Source: a virus
Taxonomy: Duplodnaviria; Caudoviricetes
DNA: 38,215 bases
Virus record (IMG/VR): IMGVR_UViG_3300020319_000005
Location: 1 to 38,215 of that record
Strand: one strand, 5' to 3'
The notes beneath the pieces were generated by a model that did no database searches, was not told the origin of the DNA, and worked only from the letters and a program-made list of their open reading frames with translations. Below, piece after piece: positions 27,454 through 35,312 of this stretch (its first letter is position 1; each line of letters opens with the position of its first letter). The position numbers and the translations under genes were made by a program.

Positions 27454-28545
27454 TTAACAACCTGAATTGGTTAACTGAACGGTTGTGTCTGCTGTCTGGT
27501 CGTTTCTATTGAAAGTATAGTTGCAAGTATCGTTACCATCTTGGTCAACAAGTAAAGTATAATCATAAATTGATTCACCATTGACCGTTAGATTTGCTGT
27601 GTTACCACCATTTAATTGTATTAATTCTACTACTGCACCACTTGTGTAAATATAAACTTGTGCATTATTATTTCCACCGTTACCATAATATCTTAATGTG
27701 TTATTATTACCACTTGTAACTGATTTCATATAATTGTTATCGCCGTATTGTACCATTCTGACATGAGAACCAACGGCGTCTGGATGAACATCTAAAACAT
27801 TTGAATCACCTATAACATCATGTACTTGATAATTGTCAGCACCGTGGCTAGACATATGCACCTGGTTTGATGACCCTACAATATAGACATCAATTGTAGC
27901 GCCTTCATCACCAGTTGTATCGGCGAATTGACCATGTGATTCTATATTAGGACCAATCATTATGTTTGCCTTATCAGCACCAACCATACCACTTGAATTA
28001 GTGTTACCATAAAACTCTACATCATTTGAATTACCTGACATAAGAACATATAAGAAGTGTGAGTCACCTCTAACATATGCCCAAAAATCGTTTGAGTCAC
28101 CTCTTATATCTAAATCTATGTGAGTATCTTGTATGTCATCACTAGCATGACCAGAAATATCTACAATGTTTGATGAACCTACAACATCTATATCGTAATA
28201 ATGACCATCAGCGTCTGTATCGCCTAAATCTAATCTTAATTTGTTTGAGTTTCCTGTTGCAACATAATCAAAGGTCATATTAGAACCTTTAAATTTCATG
28301 TCGCCAGTATCATCTGTTTCGTTTGAATTACCTAATTGTTTAACTATGATAGTTAAATTAGGACCGTCAATAACAAATGGAGCTGAGGTAGATATACCAA
28401 ACTTATTTGAAGCACCGTCTTGTTTTATATAGACGGATCCTAGTTTGTTTTGATTATCCTGTTGAATATATACGCTATTACCAGCCCAACAATTAGTTGT
28501 GATGGTTACCAGAGTCACCAGAATCATCATTATTAGTCTTATCAT
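27454..28545 (-). CDS. Curlin-repeat protein (CsgA/CsgB-like)
   Basis: Signal peptide then many strand-G-x-(S/N)-N-strand repeats (YIKQDGASN, VKQLGNSN, VVGSSN, IRGDSN, VQYGDNN); downstream of csgG. Confidence 0.8.
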   Translation of the reverse strand: MIRLIMMILVTLVTITTNCWAGNSVYIQQDNQNKLGSVYIKQDGASNKFGISTSAPFVIDGPNLTIIVKQLGNSNETDDTGDMKFKGSNMTFDYVATGNSNKLRLDLGDTDADGHYYDIDVVGSSNIVDISGHASDDIQDTHIDLDIRGDSNDFWAYVRGDSHFLYVLMSGNSNDVEFYGNTNSSGMVGADKANIMIGPNIESHGQFADTTGDEGATIDVYIVGSSNQVHMSSHGADNYQVHDVIGDSNVLDVHPDAVGSHVRMVQYGDNNYMKSVTSGNNNTLRYYGNGGNNNAQVYIYTSGAVVELIQLNGGNTANLTVNGESIYDYTLLVDQDGNDTCNYTFNRNDQTADTTVQLTNSGC

Positions 28546-29524
28546 CTTGCTCCTCTACGGTTTTGTCTAATTGATTCCACTCTTCTTCAGCGGCTTCTTT
28601 TTTTAAATTCTCGTCTGCTATTTCGTTTTCTTTTTTAACTTTCTTTTCTTCAAGGTACATCTCATAAGTTTTTTCAACTTTTTCCTCACCTATGTCAACT
28701 CTAATATCAGTATCAACATAGTCTTTGATTTCAGGTACTTTTACCTCTTTTACATCAAACTCCCATAAATCTTTTTCTGCACCCTCATTAATTAAACTTA
28801 CTACACCTGCCTCTATTGCTTTTCTAACTGCATATGTAACTGGTTCATTTCTTGCAACACCAGCTTCTATCTCTACTAACATTGTATCTGCGTCAAAATA
28901 TTTAAATACATCACCACCTGTTTCAGCAGACAATATAGTTTTTTCTATTGTTGTTGATATTACAACTTCACCAGTTTGTACATTAACTAATCTTAATATA
29001 ATTGTAATAACATCTTGTCGCCATTGTTTGTGAGTTTGTATTCCTAAAACTCTTGCACCTATACCACCTGTTTTAGTATTACTATCGTAACCTACAATAC
29101 CACCTGTTATATAAGCGCCTGCAAATAGTAATGGTGGTAAAGGTTCTGCACCCTCACCATTTACTTGTTGTCTTGTAGACCTTATTAATTTTCTCTCTTG
29201 TAATAGACTTGGTAAACTTGTTCTTTCTACAACTCTAAACCACTTACCATTACCTGCGTCTTGTAAAGCCTTAATCAATAATTGATATGAACCTTGTGTA
29301 ACTGCTGTTGACATTGAAGCAACACTATCACTTGGTTTCTTTTGACCTGTCATATCTGCAAAATCATAAACTGCAATTATAACTGGTTCACCTTTAGGAG
29401 AGTTAATCTCTGTTAAATCTTTATACTGAATAGATTGTTTTCTTACATCAAAATCTAAATCAGGTTTGCTAGCACAACTGGCTAACAATAAAGTTAGTAA
29501 TAATATACCGATTGTCTTAAACAT
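28493..29524 (-). CDS. csgG: Curli secretion channel lipoprotein CsgG
   Basis: Lipobox LASC, IAVYDFADMTGQKKP, STAVTQG, WFRVVER..L..LLQERKLIR, GGIVGYDSN..TGG.GAR, NEPV..AV..AIE. Confidence 0.95.
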   Translation of the reverse strand: MFKTIGILLLTLLLASCASKPDLDFDVRKQSIQYKDLTEINSPKGEPVIIAVYDFADMTGQKKPSDSVASMSTAVTQGSYQLLIKALQDAGNGKWFRVVERTSLPSLLQERKLIRSTRQQVNGEGAEPLPPLLFAGAYITGGIVGYDSNTKTGGIGARVLGIQTHKQWRQDVITIILRLVNVQTGEVVISTTIEKTILSAETGGDVFKYFDADTMLVEIEAGVARNEPVTYAVRKAIEAGVVSLINEGAEKDLWEFDVKEVKVPEIKDYVDTDIRVDIGEEKVEKTYEMYLEEKKVKKENEIADENLKKEAAEEEWNQLDKTVEEQDDKTNNDDSGDSGNHHN

Positions 29525-29525
29525 A

Positions 29526-29984
29526 TTACGAGTTGTCCTCTTTAGGCATAGTAAATGTTGTAACCGTACCGTCTGTTTCAGTTACCGTTACTACAACATT
29601 ACCTGTACCTGATGGTGTTGTCCATGCAACAACTTCGCCACCGATTGGTGATGTAAATGTACCAGAGTCTTGTTGTAGACCATCTGTACCAAATACATTG
29701 TCTGTAATTTGTTTAGCAAGTGCCGTGTAAAATCTTGCTTCTATATTTGCCTTAAATTTATTGATAGGCAATGCGTCAATCTCGGCTTGAGCAGCTTTAG
29801 CGTCTGCTTTCTTTTGAGCCTCAATTGCGTCCCTTCTAGTCTTTTCAATATTCTCAATTGTCAGATAGTGAGATGACTTTCCGTTACCTGAAAATGATGG
29901 ACTACCAAACTTAAATGTTAGTTCACTTGCGTTTAGACTAGTATGGAGGAATAATGTGGCTATTATTGTAATTATTACTTTCAT
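29526..29984 (-). CDS. csgF: Curli assembly component CsgF
   Basis: Signal peptide then SELTFKFGSPSFSG (compare the CsgF N-terminus TMTFQFRNPNFGG); LAKQITDNVFG...GTF; immediately upstream of csgG. Confidence 0.9.
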   Translation of the reverse strand: MKVIITIIATLFLHTSLNASELTFKFGSPSFSGNGKSSHYLTIENIEKTRRDAIEAQKKADAKAAQAEIDALPINKFKANIEARFYTALAKQITDNVFGTDGLQQDSGTFTSPIGGEVVAWTTPSGTGNVVVTVTETDGTVTTFTMPKEDNS

Positions 29985-30008
29985 ATACTCCCTCTTTTAC
30001 TATACTAT

Positions 30009-30023
30009 TATTTATAATAAATA
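30009..30023. promoter_or_regulatory. Back-to-back T4-type late promoters (palindrome TATTTAT-A-ATAAATA)
   Basis: TATAAATA on the minus strand (30009-30016) toward csgF; AATAAATA on the plus strand (30016-30023) toward the cyclase. Confidence 0.7.
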
Positions 30024-30039
30024 GTCAGTAAGGATTGAA

Positions 30040-31743
30040 ATGATTAAAAAAATTAGTAAAATATGGTCTGTACTTGTAGTCTTTGGTTTATTATTGAGTG
30101 TTTATCTAGTAAATCCCTCATTGCTACAATCAACTAAACTAAATGTGTTTGATACTTACCAAAAATTTGGTACAAATTACCAATCAAAAAGTTTAATTTT
30201 ACTAGACATATCTGACGCAGCTCTAAAAAAACAAGGACAATGGCCTTGGAAAAGAGATGTACTTGGTCGTACTATAATCAATGCTTACCAAAATGGAGCC
30301 GCTCTGGTAGTTCTCCAAGTGGTATTTCCTCATAAAGATAGACTAGGTGGTGATGATATATTTTTGAAAATGATATCAAAATATCCTGTGATATTAACTG
30401 AAACCAATGAAGTAAAAAATCTTCAAAGTATAGAAAGAAAAGCATTAGCAATAGGTAATGTATCAGTACCTATTGACATTGATGGTACTATTAGAAAATT
30501 ACCATTGGAAAATTCTATACCTGAAGTTATAATGAAAGTTATAAAGTTTCCTAAAATAGAACAAGATAAATTATGGATTGATTTCAGACATAATATTCCT
30601 AGAATAGATTATACAGATAAAGATTGGTCTGCCATGAAAGGTAAGATTGTTTTTATTGGTACAACATTTAAAGGTTCTACTTATGTTCTAACTCCTTCTG
30701 GTTTAAAAAATACACATGAGATTATGGCAATCAGTACAGAAAACTTATTGTCTAAAAAATTTATTGATAGACCTGATTGGTTACCATATGCTGAATTAGC
30801 ACACATACTTTTAGGTGTCTTATTTTTTATCATCTTAATACCAAGAGTTGGTGTTAAATGGTCTTTTATATGGTATGCAATTTTTCTAACAGATTTATTT
30901 GGTTCAGCTGGGTTTTTATTTTGGCAATATTCATATCTTTATGATTGGTTTAGTCCATTAATAATATGTTCTATTGTATGGGCACACTTAACATATTTAA
31001 ATTATGCTAGAGAAAATAAATTAAGATTACAAATCAAAAAACAATTTGAACATTATCTCTCTCCAGATATGGTCAAACAATTACAAAATAATCCTTCTTT
31101 GTTAAAATTAGGTGGTGAAACTAGAACATTAACATTTTTGTTTTCTGATATTAGAGGTTTTACTCCTATCTCTGAAAAATATAAAACTAATCCTCAAGGT
31201 CTTACGGTAGTTATAAACAAGTTCTTAACGCCAATGACCAACATCATAATGAAAAATGGTGGTACTATTGATAAGTATATGGGAGATTGTATTATGGCAT
31301 TTTGGAATGCACCTATTGACGCACCAAATCACAAAGAAATGGCAATAGATTCTGCGTTAGAAATGATAGATAAATTAAAAGAATTAAACGATAGTAATGA
31401 TTTCGGAGATGGTAATAAACTAAATATTGGAATAGGTATTAACTCGGGAGAAGCCGTGGTCGGAAATATGGGTAGTGAACAAAGGTTTGATTATTCTGTA
31501 TTAGGTGACGCTGTAAATCTAGCAAGTAGATTAGAAGGCATATCAAAAAATTATGACGCAACCCTAGTTGTCGGCGAAGATACCTACAATTCAATATCCT
31601 CAAAATACAATTTTCAAAAGTTAGATGATGTTCAGGTGAAAGGTAAATCAAATAAAGTATCAATTTATACGGTTAGGGAGAGTAATGACACAATTACAAA
31701 AGAAGAAACTACGAAAAAAATTGAACAAACAAATACGATATGA
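30040..31743 (+). CDS. CHASE2-domain membrane class III adenylate cyclase
   Basis: TM, CHASE2 (LDISD..L...GQWPWKR, DIDGTIRKLPL, GKIVFIG, TP....HE), 3 TM, cyclase FSDIRGFT, IDKYMGD, DYSVLGDAVNLASRLE, VKGK. Confidence 0.95.
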   Translation: MIKKISKIWSVLVVFGLLLSVYLVNPSLLQSTKLNVFDTYQKFGTNYQSKSLILLDISDAALKKQGQWPWKRDVLGRTIINAYQNGAALVVLQVVFPHKDRLGGDDIFLKMISKYPVILTETNEVKNLQSIERKALAIGNVSVPIDIDGTIRKLPLENSIPEVIMKVIKFPKIEQDKLWIDFRHNIPRIDYTDKDWSAMKGKIVFIGTTFKGSTYVLTPSGLKNTHEIMAISTENLLSKKFIDRPDWLPYAELAHILLGVLFFIILIPRVGVKWSFIWYAIFLTDLFGSAGFLFWQYSYLYDWFSPLIICSIVWAHLTYLNYARENKLRLQIKKQFEHYLSPDMVKQLQNNPSLLKLGGETRTLTFLFSDIRGFTPISEKYKTNPQGLTVVINKFLTPMTNIIMKNGGTIDKYMGDCIMAFWNAPIDAPNHKEMAIDSALEMIDKLKELNDSNDFGDGNKLNIGIGINSGEAVVGNMGSEQRFDYSVLGDAVNLASRLEGISKNYDATLVVGEDTYNSISSKYNFQKLDDVQVKGKSNKVSIYTVRESNDTITKEETTKKIEQTNTI

Positions 31744-31885
31744 TAAAAGACTTAAACTATATTTACTTAATCTGCAATGGTATCAGATAAAACTTCAAAA
31801 AGCCAGACGAAGAAGAAGAACACTCAAAAAATTATACATCTTAAAACGATTAAGAGAATTAAATCTGCCTTTTAGAGCAGCTTAA
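31685..31885 (+). CDS. Very basic 66-aa protein overlapping the cyclase end
   Basis: SD AGGGAG upstream of the ATG; 24 K/R of 66 aa; exactly fills the gap to the convergent gene. Confidence 0.6.
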   Translation: MTQLQKKKLRKKLNKQIRYDKRLKLYLLNLQWYQIKLQKARRRRRTLKKLYILKRLRELNLPFRAA

Positions 31886-32050
31886 TTATTTTTTATCTGT
31901 TAGTTTGTTGATAAGTTCAAAGGCAACTTTAATTTTTTCTTCAAGTACCTTTATTCTGTAATGTGCTTGAGCTAATGTAACTATAAGTAATATGAATGCC
32001 ACGAACATTGGCCATAATCTACTTAACATTAAAACTGCTTCAGAGTCCAT
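31886..32050 (-). CDS. Small TM plus coiled-coil protein (54 aa)
   Basis: MDSEAVLMLSRLWPMFVAFILLIVTLAQAHYRIKVLEEKIKVAFELINKLTDKK; stop codon abuts the convergent stop. Confidence 0.7.
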   Translation of the reverse strand: MDSEAVLMLSRLWPMFVAFILLIVTLAQAHYRIKVLEEKIKVAFELINKLTDKK

Positions 32051-32060
32051 TTAATCTTTC

Positions 32061-32525
32061 TTATTCGTAAACCTTTTTTCTCTCGTATGCTTGCTCGTGT
32101 CTACCTGTAATCTCTAGTATTTCCCACTCACCATTTTCTAATACTCTTACTTTAGCATTTACTTTATCACATGTCATATTATAAACGCCTTCTTTATCTT
32201 TAGATTCTTTATACTTTCTCTCTGCTTCTCTTTTATTTTTCAAGCAGTCCATTAAGTTTTCACTTGCAACATGGTCAACTAATTTTCTCTGACCGTTTTC
32301 ATCTATTTCAAAAATACATACTGCAAATACAACACCATCCTCTGGTGTAGATGAAGACTCTTTATGTTCTTCTTTCATAAATGTTTTGTGTGTATGTTTC
32401 TTTTCAATAGGACAAACTTGGTGACCATCATCACCACAACCTGTGCAATCGCCATATGCTATACTTAAACCACCTAATATTATAATAAATGTCAACAACC
32501 CTAGTAATAAATTTCTACCTTGCAT
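32061..32525 (-). CDS. Exported Cys/His-rich protein, paralog of the next gene
   Basis: Signal/TM, CTGCGDDGHQVCP...HTH, ENLMDCLKNKREAER...CDKV. Confidence 0.75.
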   Translation of the reverse strand: MQGRNLLLGLLTFIIILGGLSIAYGDCTGCGDDGHQVCPIEKKHTHKTFMKEEHKESSSTPEDGVVFAVCIFEIDENGQRKLVDHVASENLMDCLKNKREAERKYKESKDKEGVYNMTCDKVNAKVRVLENGEWEILEITGRHEQAYERKKVYE

Positions 32526-32830
32526 TAGTTTAATATTTTAAGTAACCTTATTCCGTATTTTGCTTGTTTATCTTCTTGTAATAATGCCTTAACAGACCTA
32601 CAAGCAAATATAACTCTTTCGCCGCCTACTTCTCTACTTGCTACCCTTTTAGATTTTAAGCATTGACTTAAATTTTCTTTGTAAACCCATTCAATTAATT
32701 TTCCGTTAAGTGTTAGTGTCAAAGCAATTACACCATCTTTTTCATACTTTTCACCACCAGTATATAATTTAGCTGCAAATACGCTAGATGAAAACAATAA
32801 TAAAAATAATATACTGATTAATTTTTTCAT
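32525..32830 (-). CDS. Exported small disulfide protein
   Basis: Signal peptide MKKLISILFLLLFSSSVFA; ENLSQCLKSKRVASR...CRSV. Confidence 0.75.
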   Translation of the reverse strand: MKKLISILFLLLFSSSVFAAKLYTGGEKYEKDGVIALTLTLNGKLIEWVYKENLSQCLKSKRVASREVGGERVIFACRSVKALLQEDKQAKYGIRLLKILN

Positions 32831-33282
32831 TGTGTTTTTCCGTTCTGATAGATAATACTTCTATTACTATCCTTTAATTTCTCAACATCATCTCTAAGGA
32901 TTTTTACATCCTCTTGTAATCTTTTGATGTTAACGCCATTGTTCATCATATCCTCCATACTTTTTTGTATGGCTTCCACTTGGCCTGCAATATGCTCAAT
33001 CAACATAAATTGCTCCGAATCAGCGGGCAAACTTCCCATTTCCCCTCTTGGCCATTTGATTCTAAATTCTGTATTCTTTTCTAAATCAGCACCTATTGTT
33101 TCTATTGCTTGGTTTAAATCTTTTTCTGCTAGTGTGCTTTTAGTTTCTAACATGGTAATACGCTCTAACACTCCGAAGTAAGCCCACACTCCGACGGCCA
33201 CGGCGGCCACTATGGATATTAGGTTCCTCATTGGCATGCTAATAGCGGTATTGTCTGATATATCTAATCTATTTTTGCTCAT
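32827..33282 (-). CDS. Membrane-anchored coiled-coil protein
   Basis: ISDNTAISMPMRNL, TM ISIVAAVAVGVWAYFGV, WPRGEMGSLPAD, C-terminal heptads. Confidence 0.75.
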   Translation of the reverse strand: MSKNRLDISDNTAISMPMRNLISIVAAVAVGVWAYFGVLERITMLETKSTLAEKDLNQAIETIGADLEKNTEFRIKWPRGEMGSLPADSEQFMLIEHIAGQVEAIQKSMEDMMNNGVNIKRLQEDVKILRDDVEKLKDSNRSIIYQNGKTQ

Positions 33283-33628
33283 TTGTATCTTCTTTCTCGT
33301 AATACTCCTTGTATTTATCTAGCAAATCATTTGTAACTTTTAAATGTGCTCTTATTTGAGCAAAGTTTTTTGCAATTAATTGAAAGTCTTTGTCATTAAG
33401 ACCAAATAACACAGGATCCAGCCCTTGTTCTTCCATCTTTTTAAATACTTCATCTGCATTATCTGAAGTAATAATAATCCATTTCAATTTCTCTAATTCA
33501 GGCATAGTAGGTTTAGCTAAATCTAGTTTAGCTCTAGGTACTTCTTCTTTGAAGATACTTAATTTTTTAACGCCTGAACAGCTAGTTAAAAACAAAATTA
33601 CTAAAATACTAATTATTATACGGTACAT
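33269..33628 (-). CDS. Putative o-spanin (Rz1-like outer-membrane lipoprotein)
   Basis: Lipobox LTSC, Pro-containing linker, C-terminal helix ending YKEYYE; overlaps the i-spanin end. Confidence 0.7.
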   Translation of the reverse strand: MYRIIISILVILFLTSCSGVKKLSIFKEEVPRAKLDLAKPTMPELEKLKWIIITSDNADEVFKKMEEQGLDPVLFGLNDKDFQLIAKNFAQIRAHLKVTNDLLDKYKEYYEKEDTNEQK

Positions 33629-34082
33629 AATTCGGGTTCGCTATTGAGGGACACTCTCTGTTAATTTCTGATTTTTTAGTTGCGTTAATTTCTTCTTCAG
33701 TAAGTGGTGCCCCACCTGCTATCTCAACACATCTTAATACTTTATCACTTGCACCATTAATTATTCTTTGTATTGTTTCAGTTTTTTCTATTGCAAGTTT
33801 ACCAAAATCTCTTCCACCTTTGTTAAATCTATTATCTAGGTCATCTAAATCTTTTTTTAGATTGTTTACTAACTCATTCATTTCATTGTTAGCAGTTAGT
33901 ATTGCTTGAAAATCTTTCTTTTGATTTTCTATTAATTGTTTTTGTTCAGTTATCGCTTGTTCCATTTTTATAGCATTCGCTTTTAATATTTCATTATCAG
34001 CTCTTAACTTCATAACATAGAAGCCACCGCCAGCTATGGCGGTGACAACTATTCCAATTAAAAATAATCTCATTCCTAACAT
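33609..34082 (-). CDS. Putative i-spanin (Rz-like)
   Basis: N-terminal TM followed by a long coiled coil and two C-terminal Cys; directly upstream of the lipoprotein. Confidence 0.7.
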   Translation of the reverse strand: MLGMRLFLIGIVVTAIAGGGFYVMKLRADNEILKANAIKMEQAITEQKQLIENQKKDFQAILTANNEMNELVNNLKKDLDDLDNRFNKGGRDFGKLAIEKTETIQRIINGASDKVLRCVEIAGGAPLTEEEINATKKSEINRECPSIANPNYVPYNN

Positions 34083-34084
34083 TG

Positions 34085-34246
34085 TTAGTCTTTCTTACAA
34101 ATTGATATAATTCCCCAAATAATAGCAGCGTAAGCAGCTATTTTAACAAAGGGACCACCAAGAACAATCAAAAGACCAAATGCTATTAGTGTAGCACCTG
34201 ACCAACTTGACATTTCTTTTACTCGGTCTTTTATCCAATTTATCAT
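34085..34246 (-). CDS. Small 2-TM holin-like protein (53 aa)
   Basis: MINWIKDRVKEMSSWSGATLIAFGLLIVLGGPFVKIAAYAAIIWGIISICKKD; SD AAGGAG; sits just before the spanin pair. Confidence 0.65.
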   Translation of the reverse strand: MINWIKDRVKEMSSWSGATLIAFGLLIVLGGPFVKIAAYAAIIWGIISICKKD

Positions 34247-34264
34247 AAGATTTACTCCTTTTTT

Positions 34265-34846
34265 TTATTTTATCTTAGCGTTAACTTTACGGTGTTTATT
34301 CCATGCCATAAAGCCACCTAGTCTTAATGACCAGTAAGCCAGATAGTTCATAAGATAGAAACCATTTACGCCTATATTAATATCTCTAAAGATTTCGTCT
34401 GCTCTTTTTTGAGATATAACGCCTAGGGTATCTTTCTTATTTTGTCTTAATAGGGTTTCAAATTTATATGCGTAATCGTGTATAAGTCCACCTATTAATA
34501 GTACACCAACTGGTGATAAAAACGGATGCAAGAATTTTGGTATACTTGCACCATCAAATTTAAAACCTGCCGGTATTACATACTTATTTCCGTTTAATGT
34601 ATATTCAAAATCTTTTGCGATTTCCCAATGTCTGACACCAAGTATCCACATAAAAATCATTTTAAAAAAACCTTTACCTTTTGTGGCAATTCTTATTGGT
34701 TTCATCAACGGATAATCTGTAAAAGCGAATGTGTAACATTTAGGTTGTTTCTTATCAAATAAATTGATAATAAAACCTATGATTATTAATGCAATTAAAA
34801 TTGTCCACATCCAGAATTTCATTGCTAAAGTAACTATTAGTTCCAT
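34265..34846 (-). CDS. DUF1353 family protein with N-terminal TM
   Basis: IPAGFKFDGASIPK, LIHDYAY, RADEIF, LRLGG..AW. Confidence 0.85.
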   Translation of the reverse strand: MELIVTLAMKFWMWTILIALIIIGFIINLFDKKQPKCYTFAFTDYPLMKPIRIATKGKGFFKMIFMWILGVRHWEIAKDFEYTLNGNKYVIPAGFKFDGASIPKFLHPFLSPVGVLLIGGLIHDYAYKFETLLRQNKKDTLGVISQKRADEIFRDINIGVNGFYLMNYLAYWSLRLGGFMAWNKHRKVNAKIK

Positions 34847-34847
34847 T

Positions 34848-35312
34848 TTAGTCCTTACTTTTTTTATTCTTATTTATGTATTGTTGATAAACTCTATGTG
34901 CTGAAGCAAGGTCTTTTTTCTTTTCGGGGTCTTTTGCTCTTTCACTTGCCACTTTTGCTCTTTGCGACATGGCAATTGCAGCCTGCATTTTGTGAGCATG
35001 AGTTTTACCTGAACCTTTTATTTTATTTACTGATTGAGTAGCCTTTTCTCTATCTACAAAACCTAAACCGTGTATTGTGCCTTTAGGATTTTCATCTGTA
35101 TATAGGTCACTATGTTTATCTGAGCCTGCTTTTTGTCCAGGTTTTCTAGCAATTCTAGGATTTTTATCTGCTGTTAATCCTACTGCTCTTGATGACCTAC
35201 TACCTTTTCCTTTTGGTGGTACATCACCTAAACTTGCGATAGGGTGTGCTTGGTCTACACCACCAATAGCAAAACCTCTTGTCATACGACTATATTCTTT
35301 AAATGTCTTCAC
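34848..35312 (-). CDS. Basic hypothetical protein, probable internal head protein
   Basis: GTG start MKTFKEY with SD GAAGGA; HSDLYTDENPKGTIHGLGF motif. Confidence 0.75.
   Translation of the reverse strand: MKTFKEYSRMTRGFAIGGVDQAHPIASLGDVPPKGKGSRSSRAVGLTADKNPRIARKPGQKAGSDKHSDLYTDENPKGTIHGLGFVDREKATQSVNKIKGSGKTHAHKMQAAIAMSQRAKVASERAKDPEKKKDLASAHRVYQQYINKNKKSKD
34871..34878 (-). promoter_or_regulatory. Possible late promoter CATAAATA for the DUF1353/lysis genes
   Basis: NATAAATA about 25 nt upstream of the ATG at 34846. Confidence 0.45.

Noticed and set aside
26300-28480. CRISPR array or DNA tandem repeats
   Set aside because: The periodicity (tccca units, G-x-S-N codons) is degenerate and explained by protein-level repeats; there is no constant repeat with unique spacers.
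18955-31663. Nested alternative-frame minus-strand ORFs (18955-19239, 19605-19811, 22684-23049) and 31439-31663 antisense to the cyclase
   Set aside because: They lie wholly inside conserved genes and show no independent coding signal.
25293-31743. Bacterial contamination or chimeric assembly of the curli/cyclase block
   Set aside because: It has T4 late promoters, tight coupling to phage-type genes on both sides and similar AT-rich composition.
30040-31743. Pycsar/CBASS-type defence cyclase
   Set aside because: The architecture is CHASE2-TM-class III with adenine-specific residues, and there is no adjacent cNMP-TIR or TM effector.
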